From positions 1 through 40,390 of the forward strand of contig JAXGJB010000022.1 of NCBI GenBank assembly GCA_040770465.1: a stretch of 40,390 bases of DNA, in the 5' to 3' direction. Source of the DNA: Methanothrix sp. GTDB taxonomy: Archaea > Halobacteriota > Methanosarcinia > Methanotrichales > Methanotrichaceae. A model generated the notes under the pieces. The model saw only the letters and a program-made list of their open reading frames with translations, did no database searches and was not told the origin of the DNA. A program made the translations under genes and the position numbers. Shown in pieces: positions 9,298 to 18,174 of the stretch. How positions within the stretch are numbered: position 1 is the first letter of the stretch; each line of letters begins with the position of its first letter.

Positions 9298-10674
9298 TCA
9301 CCTGAACAGCTTCGAGAAGCTCCTGCAACGATCGCCGATCTTCTTTGAGAGCGGCTCCTCGGCGGGAGTTTCGTCCCTTTGATGATCGAGTCTGCCATGG
9401 CACTTCTTGAACTTCAGCCCGCTTCCGCAGGGGCAGGGATCGTTTCGACCCGGCTTCAAAAACGCCCTTACCACCTTTCCCTCGTGAGATCCCGTATAGC
9501 TCATGATGTTGGCAGGAGCCCGGCCGGCCAGAAGCTCGCTCGCCATGAACCGCATCGAGCCGTCGATGTGTTTGAAGAACGCCCTGTAGCCGGGACAGAG
9601 ATAGTTGAGACCCGGCTCTCCATCGGGCGTTTTGACGAAGCGGTTCTTGGGACATTCGCCGTTGCAGACGAATCGAACCTCGCACCGGCGGCAGTATTCG
9701 GGCAGAGTATCAAGCTTGTCGCGGCCGAACTTCCGCTGCTTTGCCGAGCCGGCGATCTGAGCGAGGGGCATCTCGTTGATGTTGCCGAGGAGGTACTTCG
9801 GCTCGACGAAGTGGTCGCAGGAGTAGACGTCGCCGTTGTGCTCTACGACCATCGCCGTCCCGCAGGTCTCAGAGAAGGCGCATATCCCCGAAGGTCTTCC
9901 GAACCAGGCGGCGAGGGCGACATCGAAGATCTGGACGAAGGTCTTCCCCACGTCTCTTCTGACCCACTCGTCGAAGACGGCGATGAGAAAGCGGCCGTAC
10001 CTCTCGGGGTCCACCGAGCGGTCGGTGACGCGGTCGCCCTCCTGAAACCCCGTGGAGTTCTCCCTCTCAACGATGGGTATGAACTGGATGAAGTCGGTCT
10101 TCACCTCGTCTCGGAGGAATCGGTAGACCTCCAGGGGGTGGTCCTGGTTGGCGGCGTGGACCGTGGTCAGGATGTTGAAGTCGACCTTGTGCTTGCGGAG
10201 GAGGCGGGCGGCGTTCATCACCCGGTCGAAGGTGGGCCCTCCGGCCTTGTCCACCCGGTAGGCGTCGTGAAGCTCCCTCGGCCCGTCCAGGGAGAGGCCG
10301 ATGAGAAAGCCGTTCTCGCAAAAGAACTCGCACCATTCGTCGTCGAGGAGGGTGCCGTTGGTCTGCATGGTGTTCTGGAATTCTATTCCCGGGCGCCGAT
10401 ACTTCTCTTCGAGCGAGATGGACCTCCGGAAAAAGTCCAGCCCCATCAGGGTAGGCTCTCCCCCCTGCCAGGCGACGGTGACCGAGGGGTTCTTCTGGGA
10501 CTCCGTATACTGGCGGATATAGCTCTCAAGAAGCGAGTCGGACATCCGGAAGCTGCTCTTAGGATATAGGTCCTTCTTGGAGAGGAAGAAGCAGTATCTG
10601 CAGCCCAGATTGCAGATCGCCCCCGTGGGCTTTGCCATGAGATGAAAGCCGGGAAGTGGGCCCTTCTTGCTCAT
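9298..10674 (-). CDS. Anaerobic sulfatase-maturating enzyme (radical SAM/SPASM) with C-terminal SEC-C motif
   Basis: [14 protein letters not shown] (CxxxCxxC), WQGGEP, QTNG, SLDGP; SPASM cysteines ([24 protein letters not shown]); SEC-C motif [19 protein letters not shown]. Confidence 0.94.
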   Translation of the reverse strand: MSKKGPLPGFHLMAKPTGAICNLGCRYCFFLSKKDLYPKSSFRMSDSLLESYIRQYTESQKNPSVTVAWQGGEPTLMGLDFFRRSISLEEKYRRPGIEFQNTMQTNGTLLDDEWCEFFCENGFLIGLSLDGPRELHDAYRVDKAGGPTFDRVMNAARLLRKHKVDFNILTTVHAANQDHPLEVYRFLRDEVKTDFIQFIPIVERENSTGFQEGDRVTDRSVDPERYGRFLIAVFDEWVRRDVGKTFVQIFDVALAAWFGRPSGICAFSETCGTAMVVEHNGDVYSCDHFVEPKYLLGNINEMPLAQIAGSAKQRKFGRDKLDTLPEYCRRCEVRFVCNGECPKNRFVKTPDGEPGLNYLCPGYRAFFKHIDGSMRFMASELLAGRAPANIMSYTGSHEGKVVRAFLKPGRNDPCPCGSGLKFKKCHGRLDHQRDETPAEEPLSKKIGDRCRSFSKLFR

Positions 10675-10782
10675 CGATTGGCGTTCTCTTTTCAGGGTTA
10701 ATTAAACTTCGCACATCCCGAAGATCCCCATTATGACCTTGAAATGAAAAACGTCGAGCGGCGGCAAAACCGGAGAGGCGCA

Positions 10783-12368
10783 GTTTCAATGGGGGCACGA
10801 CTTTTCAGCCATGGATAGGAGGAGATTCTGTGGAAACGCTTACTGGTGAATCAAGGATGGAATTTCAATGGGGCCACGACTTTTCAGCCATGGATAGCCA
10901 ACGAAACGCTCGAATGTGATGGCTACCTGGATGGTTTCAATGGGGCCACGACCCGAAGGTCATGGTAAGACGCCGACTGCCACCGTCAAGGTATACAGCA
11001 GAGACCTGGTTTCAATGGGGCCACGACCCGAAGGTCATGGTAAGATTTTACCCGGACGGACACACAGAATCGTCCGATAACGTTTCAATGGGGCCACGAC
11101 CCGAAGGTCATGGTAAGTGGTCAAGTGGTTAGGTCCTTCGATCTGGGAAGCCGAGGTTTCAATGGGGCCACGACCCGAAGGTCATGGTAAGAGGGAGGGA
11201 GATAGCCTCAATGACTAATAACAACGAGAGTTTCAATGGGGCCACGACCCGAAGGTCATGGTAAGTCTGGATATCCGTAGGCATGGCTCTGATGTGTGCC
11301 ATCCTGTTTCAATGGGGCCACGACCCGAAGGTCATGGTAAGCGAGGTGGATTGATGAAATATCACGTCTCCGAGGGGAAGTTTCAATGGGGCCACGACCC
11401 GAAGGTCATGGTAAGACCGCATTAAGGAAAACATTCCTATCTGCGGAATTGATCGTTTCAATGGGGCCACGACCCGAAGGTCATGGTAAGTATCCGTCGC
11501 GCTGCGAGCCTAAAGCCCCTTGCCGTATGTTTCAATGGGGCCACGACCCGAAGGTCATGGTAAGGAAACAAGTCGTCCGAGACGTAGCCGAAGCCCGGCG
11601 AGTTTCAATGGGGCCACGACCCGAAGGTCATGGTAAGTGAAATTCTTGTGTTTGGATACGATAGCGCAGACGACGTTTCAATGGGGCCACGACCCGAAGG
11701 TCATGGTAAGTGATGAGATCAAAGTGGAACCGACTGCGACTGCAAAGTTTCAATGGGGCCACGACCCGAAGGTCATGGTAAGACCAGAAAGCGCTTATCT
11801 TGGGCGACCTTCTGGTTATGTTTCAATGGGGCCACGACCCGAAGGTCATGGTAAGTGATGGCGGAGGACCAAGCAAGGATGAGAAAAAGATCGTTTCAAT
11901 GGGGCCACGACCCGAAGGTCATGGTAAGAGGAGGCGAACGAGACCATCCAGGAACTAACAGAGAAACGTTTCAATGGGGCCACGACCCGAAGGTCATGGT
12001 AAGCCGAGATTGCAATGCCTAACAATACCACAAATTTGCGGTTTCAATGGGGCCACGACCCGAAGGTCATGGTAAGAGTAAAATGAAGCAGAAACAACCA
12101 GGAATGAAGGTGTTTCAATGGGGCCACGACCCGAAGGTCATGGTAAGAAAGATATGGGTGTCCTTATTTCTGCTTATAAATTGGGTTTCAATGGGGCCAC
12201 GACCCGAAGGTCATGGTAAGAGTACCATGAATCCGAACCAAAGCGTGAAACTCGAAGGTTTCAATGGGGCCACGACCCGAAGGTCATGGTAAGAGAGAGT
12301 GATGACATAATGAAGCTACAAGATTGGGTAAAGTTTCAATGGGGCCACGACCCGAAGGTCATGGTAAG
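10783..12368 (-). CRISPR. CRISPR array: 22 repeats of 36 bp (20 of type B, 2 trailer repeats of type A) and 21 spacers of about 35-43 bp
   Basis: Type B (+ strand) GTTTCAATGGGGCCACGACCCGAAGGTCATGGTAAG occurs 20 times from 10934 to 12368. Type A (G/A)TTTCAATGGGG(G/C)CACGACTTTTCAGCCATGGATAG starts at 10783 and 10862. Minus-strand transcription is inferred from the 3' ATTGAAAC end, the stable tetraloops, and the leader and cas2 on the right. Confidence 0.98.
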
Positions 12369-12825
12369 AGCTAGAGTTTTACGACCTTAATGCATAGCGA
12401 AAAAAATCTATTTTGCGCGAACCTCCGTCACTTCTGCGATTCGATACAGAAGATAGCCCGATTTTTTGCCGTTTTCGATATGCAGAGACACTGCACGGAC
12501 GATTTTTTCAAATGTGCCAGCTGATATCGATGGGTTTTTTGAGGGGAGGTTCGCGCAAAAATCTCGGTTATTTTGACGGCTTCATAGAATTTTCGATATC
12601 GGGCAGCCATCAAACCGATGCATATCGATTATCTCTTTGCTATGCCCTGGGATGGGTATAGCGTTATCCATCCGTCTGGATCGAATGGCCTTTGATCAGC
12701 TATCAAAGGGGCTTATTCACCCAGATGCCCTTTTTTGTATGTGGTGGATTTGACTGCTATTAAACCTTTTGCCACCTGCCCCACCACGCCAGCATAACAA
12801 TTAACGTTTATTGATAATAGTATGA
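12369..12825 (-). promoter_or_regulatory. CRISPR leader with a 16-bp inverted repeat and a candidate BRE/TATA
   Basis: AT-rich non-coding stretch between cas2 and the first repeat. TTTTGCGCGAACCTCC (12411-12426) pairs with GGAGGTTCGCGCAAAA (12545-12560). Minus-strand AAAAGGTTTAATAG at about 12757-12770 points toward the array. Confidence 0.75.
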
Positions 12826-13134
12826 TTATACTATTATGTACTTCCTCCTGGGCGAACCTAGCGGTGCGACCCCCAAAAACTCGATCCTATCCTCCATCCA
12901 TCCTTCTGCCGGTCCCATGTCGATGATCATGATCCGATCCTTTTCTGGTTCCATGATATCCAATAGAGCTGCCTTCAGCTCCACCCGCCCCCTGCCGGTG
13001 AGCCGACATCCGAATACGGAATAATGGATGGGATCTCCAAAGCCCATCATCCTCTCATGAACCTTCTTCAGCCGCTTGACGTCCATGATGTCGTAGCTCA
13101 CGATGTAGAAATGTAGCCCAGTCAGGGCCATCAC
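12826..13134 (-). CDS. cas2: CRISPR-associated endonuclease Cas2
   Basis: YIVSYDI..KRLKKV....GFG..IHYSVF.C.L pattern; about 100 aa; directly downstream of cas1 and next to the leader. Confidence 0.93.
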   Translation of the reverse strand: MMALTGLHFYIVSYDIMDVKRLKKVHERMMGFGDPIHYSVFGCRLTGRGRVELKAALLDIMEPEKDRIMIIDMGPAEGWMEDRIEFLGVAPLGSPRRKYIIV

Positions 13135-13421
13135 CTCCGAGAGAAGGGCGGATACTCCGCTATCTCCCCGGAGAGGACCCGAGAGAGAAGCCTCGCCTGA
13201 ACCTCCATCACCCTCCGATAGGAGAGCTTGTAGCCGAACAAGGGATGCCTCACCTCGGTCCCAACGCGGTGCTCATAGGCGGCAAGCACCTTCCTCTTCG
13301 CCGACGGCTCCATCGTGACCCCAAGTTCAGTCACCAGAAAATCGTCTTTCTTCAGCTCTCTGTTGTTGAAGAGGGCTATGACCACCGGCTCGGCGACTTG
13401 TGGCCGGAACTCCTCAATCAA
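13131..13421 (-). pseudogene. cas1: 3' fragment of cas1 (about 96 codons; resembles the C-terminus of type I-G/I-U Cas4-Cas1)
   Basis: EEFRP..A..VV, YEHR...EVRHPLFGYKLSYRRVMEVQARLL...L.GEIAEYPPF. Similarity starts abruptly at the (D)LxEEFR motif; upstream is the T-tract and stop of the sulfatase gene. Confidence 0.9.
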
Positions 13422-13431
13422 AAAAAAGAAT
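13420..13431 (-). terminator. Oligo-T archaeal terminator candidate for the sulfatase gene
   Basis: Minus-strand TTCTTTTTTTT about 30 nt after the sulfatase stop codon. Confidence 0.5.
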
Positions 13432-13462
13432 GGAGGGGAGAAAGGAGACGCTTTCGTCTCCG

Positions 13463-15160
13463 TCAGCTCGCTCCCGACGAGATCGGATACGCCCTCGAAG
13501 GAGTATTCGGATACTCCACCATGCTGGCCACAAGCCCTCGATAGATCCTGGTGAACGCGCTGATGACGAAATCGTGCTCACCTGCGATGTTGTGCTCCTC
13601 ACGGGGGTCCATCTCGATGTTGTAGACAGCGGGGATCTGGCCGTAATAGCTCTCAGGCCCCTGGAACGAGTCGTACCCCTTGGTGACGACCTTGAACTGA
13701 TGCCACCTGACGGCCGCGGGAATCGTGTTGGCCGCGCTATCGGTTCCGATGTACCAGACCACCCACTCCCGGTTCGAGTCATCCTGTCTTCCGAGGATGA
13801 ACTCCGACTGGTCTATGCCGTCGATCGGCCTGTCCGCGGGGATCTCGCCGCCGCCAAGGACGACCAGGGTGGTGAAGAGGTCGAGGGTGCACATGATCCC
13901 GTTCGACGACCTATCGGCCTCGATCATTCCAGGCCACCAGAATATGCAGGGAACCCTGACGCCGCCTTCATAGATTGTGCCTATCCCGCCCCGGAAAGGC
14001 GAGTACCCCGAGTCTGGCCACTGGTCGAGGGTCGGCCCGTTGTCGCTCGTCAGAACGACGATGGTGTTGTTCTCGATCCCAGCCTCACGGAGGGTGTCAA
14101 GAACCTCTCCGACGTAAGAGTCCATCTCCATCAACCCGTCGCCGTAGGCGCCTTTGCTGGACTTGCCAGCCCATTTCGGGTTCTGAACGCTGGGGAAATG
14201 AGTCCGGACGAAGGGGAGGTAGACGAAGAAGGGCTCGGTGGAGTTCGACTGATTCTTGATGTAAGCGATCGCCCTCTCAGTACACTGCTCATCAATGAAC
14301 GCCAGCGACGATACGTTCAACGCCGCAACCTGAGTGAGGTTCTCGCCTTTCTTCGCCTCCACCAACCCCAGGGGCTCTCCCGACTCCCAGCTGGAGTCGA
14401 AGCCGATCCGCTCGCTCTGGGTGTAGGAGTTGAGGTGATACAAAACCCCGAAGTATTCGTCAAAGCCCATGTTCTGAGGCTCACTCTCGTAGATGTCCCC
14501 AAGATGCCACTTGCCGAACATCGCCGTATTATAGCCGGCATCTGACAGCACCCTCGCCAGGGTCCTCTCGTCGGGAGATATGCCGGCGTTTGATCCGGTC
14601 TCCGACGCCAGAGCCATCCCCGTCCGGATGGGGAGCCTCCCGGTCAGCATCGCCGCCCGTGTGGGGGTGCACTGGGTCTCCGAGTAGAAGGATGTCAGCC
14701 TCAGACCCTCTTTTGCCATCTCGTCCATCCTGGGTGTCGGAGCGCCCAGCACCGCCCCGCCGCCGTAGCAGCCTGGGTCCATGTACCCCATGTTGTCGGC
14801 GAGCATGATCACGATGTTCGGCCTTGGGGCCGGCGCCACGTCCTCATGCATCGCCTGCTGAAGGCTGGAGTTGTTGGCGAGAACATTTTTCCTGTTCGTT
14901 ACGACGTCCGCACCCATGTCCTCTGGAGCGTCCGCCTGATCGTCACCTGTCCCATTATCGCCTGAGCCGCCGGCTTTCAGATCCAGTGGTATGACGGACA
15001 GGCCAGTGTTCCCTGAATCAAGGCCGCCTGCAGCGATAAAAATTACAAAAAAAGCTGCTATAGCCAATTTGAATAGAAGCCCAATTTTGATACAGACTCC
15101 TCCAATGCGGGTAATTTGCCTTTTTCTTATATAACTATTCTTCCATGATTTCATCTTCAA
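13463..15160 (-). CDS. Cys-type formylglycine-dependent sulfatase (arylsulfatase family) with N-terminal hydrophobic anchor/signal
   Basis: PNIVIMLADNMG, QCTPTRAAMLTGR (CxPxR), GKWHLG, SDNG and YEGGVRVP. The start is uncertain (TTG 15160 or ATG 15154). Confidence 0.93.
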   Translation of the reverse strand: MKMKSWKNSYIRKRQITRIGGVCIKIGLLFKLAIAAFFVIFIAAGGLDSGNTGLSVIPLDLKAGGSGDNGTGDDQADAPEDMGADVVTNRKNVLANNSSLQQAMHEDVAPAPRPNIVIMLADNMGYMDPGCYGGGAVLGAPTPRMDEMAKEGLRLTSFYSETQCTPTRAAMLTGRLPIRTGMALASETGSNAGISPDERTLARVLSDAGYNTAMFGKWHLGDIYESEPQNMGFDEYFGVLYHLNSYTQSERIGFDSSWESGEPLGLVEAKKGENLTQVAALNVSSLAFIDEQCTERAIAYIKNQSNSTEPFFVYLPFVRTHFPSVQNPKWAGKSSKGAYGDGLMEMDSYVGEVLDTLREAGIENNTIVVLTSDNGPTLDQWPDSGYSPFRGGIGTIYEGGVRVPCIFWWPGMIEADRSSNGIMCTLDLFTTLVVLGGGEIPADRPIDGIDQSEFILGRQDDSNREWVVWYIGTDSAANTIPAAVRWHQFKVVTKGYDSFQGPESYYGQIPAVYNIEMDPREEHNIAGEHDFVISAFTRIYRGLVASMVEYPNTPSRAYPISSGAS

Positions 15161-15336
15161 CTTAAATAGAACTCAACGAGAAGAATTAATCTAAAAGTCG
15201 ATTTAGGTCGTAAAAGCGTGTAAATGATGGAACTTCGCTGAGCATGCCATTTTGTTTATAAAGTTAGATATCATATGGTCTTATGTGCGTAAGTCCTAAA
15301 TCCTAGAACATACACTAGAAGCGCATTGGAGGGAAG

Positions 15337-15699
15337 ATGATCGGATTGACTTGGCTTTGCATCTCTGACAGACTTAAGAAGGGGGAAAGGGAGCTCGACC
15401 GCCAGGTCGTCCGAGCTGCACCGATAAGGGATATCGAAGGACGATCAGGCGCTGGCCCGGATATCTCCATGATGAATTTCTTCACCATCAGTTGGAATAT
15501 CAACTGCAGCGAAAAGGCTGAAGAGTACGACCACATAAATTGGGATTTGTTGTGTCCACTCTCAAAGGCACCCGATGCGGGCCCAGAGGGGCTCTTCATG
15601 CCTCCCGGCAGCCATGACCTGGATCGAGCTGTTTTTGAAATTCTCCCGTCCGATATCGCGAAGACCGAATCCGGGGACGATGAGTTTAGAAATATCTGA
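15337..15699 (+). CDS. Hypothetical protein (uncertain), co-oriented ahead of the TelA operon
   Basis: ATG preceded by GGAGGG; ends 12 nt before the next gene; no recognisable motif. Confidence 0.35.
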   Translation: MIGLTWLCISDRLKKGERELDRQVVRAAPIRDIEGRSGAGPDISMMNFFTISWNINCSEKAEEYDHINWDLLCPLSKAPDAGPEGLFMPPGSHDLDRAVFEILPSDIAKTESGDDEFRNI

Positions 15700-15711
15700 G
15701 GGCAATAGCAG

Positions 15712-16458
15712 ATGGACCGAGAAAAGCAGATTAAAGCGCTGGGCCTGAACCTGGGCATCGCAGGAGCCAACATAGTTGTCTTGCCGGAGGTTATCGAGGT
15801 TATCGCCGCTGGCGGTGCGCTGGCAACCGTGGCAACCGCCTTTGGCAGCGCATTCGTCTTCCTGAGCGGCGCCGGGCTGATCTACGGCAATTATAAGCTC
15901 TTCGCTGAGTCTGAGAGAGAGGCCCAAGCTGATAAAATAATGACGGCGGAAGATTATATTGAAGAGCTGAATGAACGCAGAGATCTCAAAACATTCGAAA
16001 AAACCATTGACCTGATGCTCGATCAGATTGAGCGGCTGCAGAAGAAGAATAAAATTATCCGGGACATCCTCCTGCAGATCTTCAGTGCCTCCGAGATGAG
16101 CTACAAGAAATTCGACGGCGTCATCTCCGAGGTGGAGAAGATATTCTTTATGAATATCCGCAGCATCCTCAATAAATTGGATGCTTTTGATGAAGAGGAC
16201 TACCTATTCATCAGAAAGAAGCGCGAGTCTGAGGATTTTTCCGAGAAATTCATGGATGAAAAGATCGAAGTTTATAATAAATATATTACTTTTGTGAAAG
16301 CGGCCACCGAAGATAATGAGGCGATCCTGCTGAAGCTTGATAAGCTGCTCTTGGAACTCTCGGGGCTGAACAGCGTGGAGAGCGGCCAGCTGGAGAAGAT
16401 GCCCGGTATGATCGAGATCGATGATCTGATCAAACAGACGACAAACTATAAGAATTGA
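15712..16458 (+). CDS. Membrane-anchored helical protein, XpaC-like partner of TelA
   Basis: Two N-terminal TM segments followed by a long helical/coiled-coil domain; first clear gene of an operon ending in telA. The family call relies on context. Confidence 0.65.
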   Translation: MDREKQIKALGLNLGIAGANIVVLPEVIEVIAAGGALATVATAFGSAFVFLSGAGLIYGNYKLFAESEREAQADKIMTAEDYIEELNERRDLKTFEKTIDLMLDQIERLQKKNKIIRDILLQIFSASEMSYKKFDGVISEVEKIFFMNIRSILNKLDAFDEEDYLFIRKKRESEDFSEKFMDEKIEVYNKYITFVKAATEDNEAILLKLDKLLLELSGLNSVESGQLEKMPGMIEIDDLIKQTTNYKN

Positions 16459-16474
16459 GGAGAGGAGAATCAGC

Positions 16475-18160
16475 ATGCCAAGCGATGCCGACAAAAAAGT
16501 AATTTGGAAGATATTGGGAGCAGCAGTTGGAGTATTCATTTTAGTATATCTGGGAATTAGTCTATTCGGTCACGGTCCAGATGAACGAGATGCGATTGAA
16601 AGGCTGGATTCCATCGTCGAAGATATCGACGTGAATACGGTCACGCATGAGCCGATGCCGGTCGACATTATTCCCGAAAACCTGACCGACACCTTGCCCG
16701 ATGTAGACGACAGTTACCCCCCTCAGGTTACAGAGACCACATCAAGCTACATCGAGATATTCTCTTCGACGGAGAAAGCCGGGAGCGGCACCGACGGCTG
16801 GCTGACAGAGGTGGCCCAGGACTTCAACGACGCGAGAATAAAGATCGACGGCAAGCAGGTATCGGTAAGGCTCAGATCAATCCCCTCCGGGGAGGCCGCC
16901 GATTACATCACCTCCGGGAAGTATCGGCCGGATGCCTATACGCCGTCCAATGAGCTCTGGGGCGAGGTGATCATCTCCCAGGGGGTCAAAACCGAGCTGG
17001 TGGAGAAGAGGCTTGTCGGCAATGTCGCTGGGATACTGCTCACCAGGGCCAAAAAAGACGAGCTTGTAAACAAATACGGGGCAATCAACACCACGACGAT
17101 CGCGGATGCCGTAGCAAACGACGAGCTGGATATGGGCTACACCAATCCCTTTGCCAGCTCCACCGGGCTCAACTTCCTGATCTCGGCTTTATACGCCTTT
17201 GACAGCAGCAACTTATTGAGCGACAAGGCAGCGGCAGGGTTTGAGAGCTTCCAGCCCAACATTCCCGTGGTCGCCTATACTACCCTGCAGATGAGGGAAG
17301 CTGCCAAATCAGGTCTTCTTGACGGTTTCGTCCTGGAGTACCAGACCTATGTGAATACGCCGGATATCAGGCATTACGAGTTCACCCCCTTCGGATTCAG
17401 ACACGACAACCCGATGTATGCGATCGGTGATCTGTCGCCGGAGAAAAGAAAGATCCTGAACGAGTTCGTCGAGTTCACCCAGCAGGAGAAGTATCAGAAC
17501 CTGGCCACCGAATATGGCTTCAACGGCCTCGAAGGATACAAATCCGAAATAGGACCGGTCAGCGGCGACGAGATCATCCAGGCCCAGAGACTCTGGAAAA
17601 ATGTGAAAAATGCCAAGCCCATCTGCGCGATCTTTGTGGTCGATGTCTCCGGCAGCATGGACGGCGAACCTCTGAATAACCTGAAGCGCTCGCTCCTCGA
17701 GGGCCAGAAGTACATCGGCGGAAACAACCTCGTCGGCCTGGTCTCCTACTCCGACGACGTCAACATCGATCTGCCGGTTGCAGAGTTCAACCTAGATCAG
17801 AGGACCCTCTTTGCCGGAGCGGTTCATGATATGCAGGCCGGCGGCGGCACGGCAACCTTCGACGGGATTGCCGTCGCCATGAAGATGCTCGTAGAACAGA
17901 AGGCCGCAGGTCCCGATAGAGATCCCAACCTGAAACCGAGGATCTTCGTCCTCAGCGACGGCGAGACCAATGAAGGCCACAAGCTGAACGAGATCAGAGA
18001 TATAGTGGAGGAGCTTGGAATACCCATATACACAATCGGCTACAATGCGGACATCGAGGCCCTGAAAGAGATCTCCAAAATAACAGAGGCTGCCTGTATC
18101 AACGCCGATACCGATGACGTTGTTTATAAGCTGAGCAACCTGTACAACGCCGAGCTGTAG
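16475..18160 (+). CDS. Membrane-anchored substrate-binding-protein-like domain fused to a VWA domain
   Basis: N-terminal TM helix; SSTEK, SG and TNPFASSTG periplasmic-binding-fold motifs; C-terminal MIDAS VVDVSGSM, GGTA and LSDGETN. Confidence 0.88.
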   Translation: MPSDADKKVIWKILGAAVGVFILVYLGISLFGHGPDERDAIERLDSIVEDIDVNTVTHEPMPVDIIPENLTDTLPDVDDSYPPQVTETTSSYIEIFSSTEKAGSGTDGWLTEVAQDFNDARIKIDGKQVSVRLRSIPSGEAADYITSGKYRPDAYTPSNELWGEVIISQGVKTELVEKRLVGNVAGILLTRAKKDELVNKYGAINTTTIADAVANDELDMGYTNPFASSTGLNFLISALYAFDSSNLLSDKAAAGFESFQPNIPVVAYTTLQMREAAKSGLLDGFVLEYQTYVNTPDIRHYEFTPFGFRHDNPMYAIGDLSPEKRKILNEFVEFTQQEKYQNLATEYGFNGLEGYKSEIGPVSGDEIIQAQRLWKNVKNAKPICAIFVVDVSGSMDGEPLNNLKRSLLEGQKYIGGNNLVGLVSYSDDVNIDLPVAEFNLDQRTLFAGAVHDMQAGGGTATFDGIAVAMKMLVEQKAAGPDRDPNLKPRIFVLSDGETNEGHKLNEIRDIVEELGIPIYTIGYNADIEALKEISKITEAACINADTDDVVYKLSNLYNAEL

Positions 18161-18174
18161 AGGAGGGAGCTTTT

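Noticed and set aside
9379-10569. Long antisense ORFs (396 aa here; also 418-1176, 1493-2263, 13400-14545, 35376-36054) and the same-strand alternate-frame ORF 31307-32188
   Set aside because: They are shadow frames of well-supported genes in GC-rich DNA and carry no motifs.
11386-12292. Short ORFs with repeating MGPRPEGHGK / FQWGHDPKVMV peptides
   Set aside because: They are translations of the CRISPR repeats, not genes.
10819-12332. Self-targeting or duplicated spacers
   Set aside because: By eye I found no spacer matching elsewhere in the window and no duplicate spacers. This was not an exhaustive alignment.
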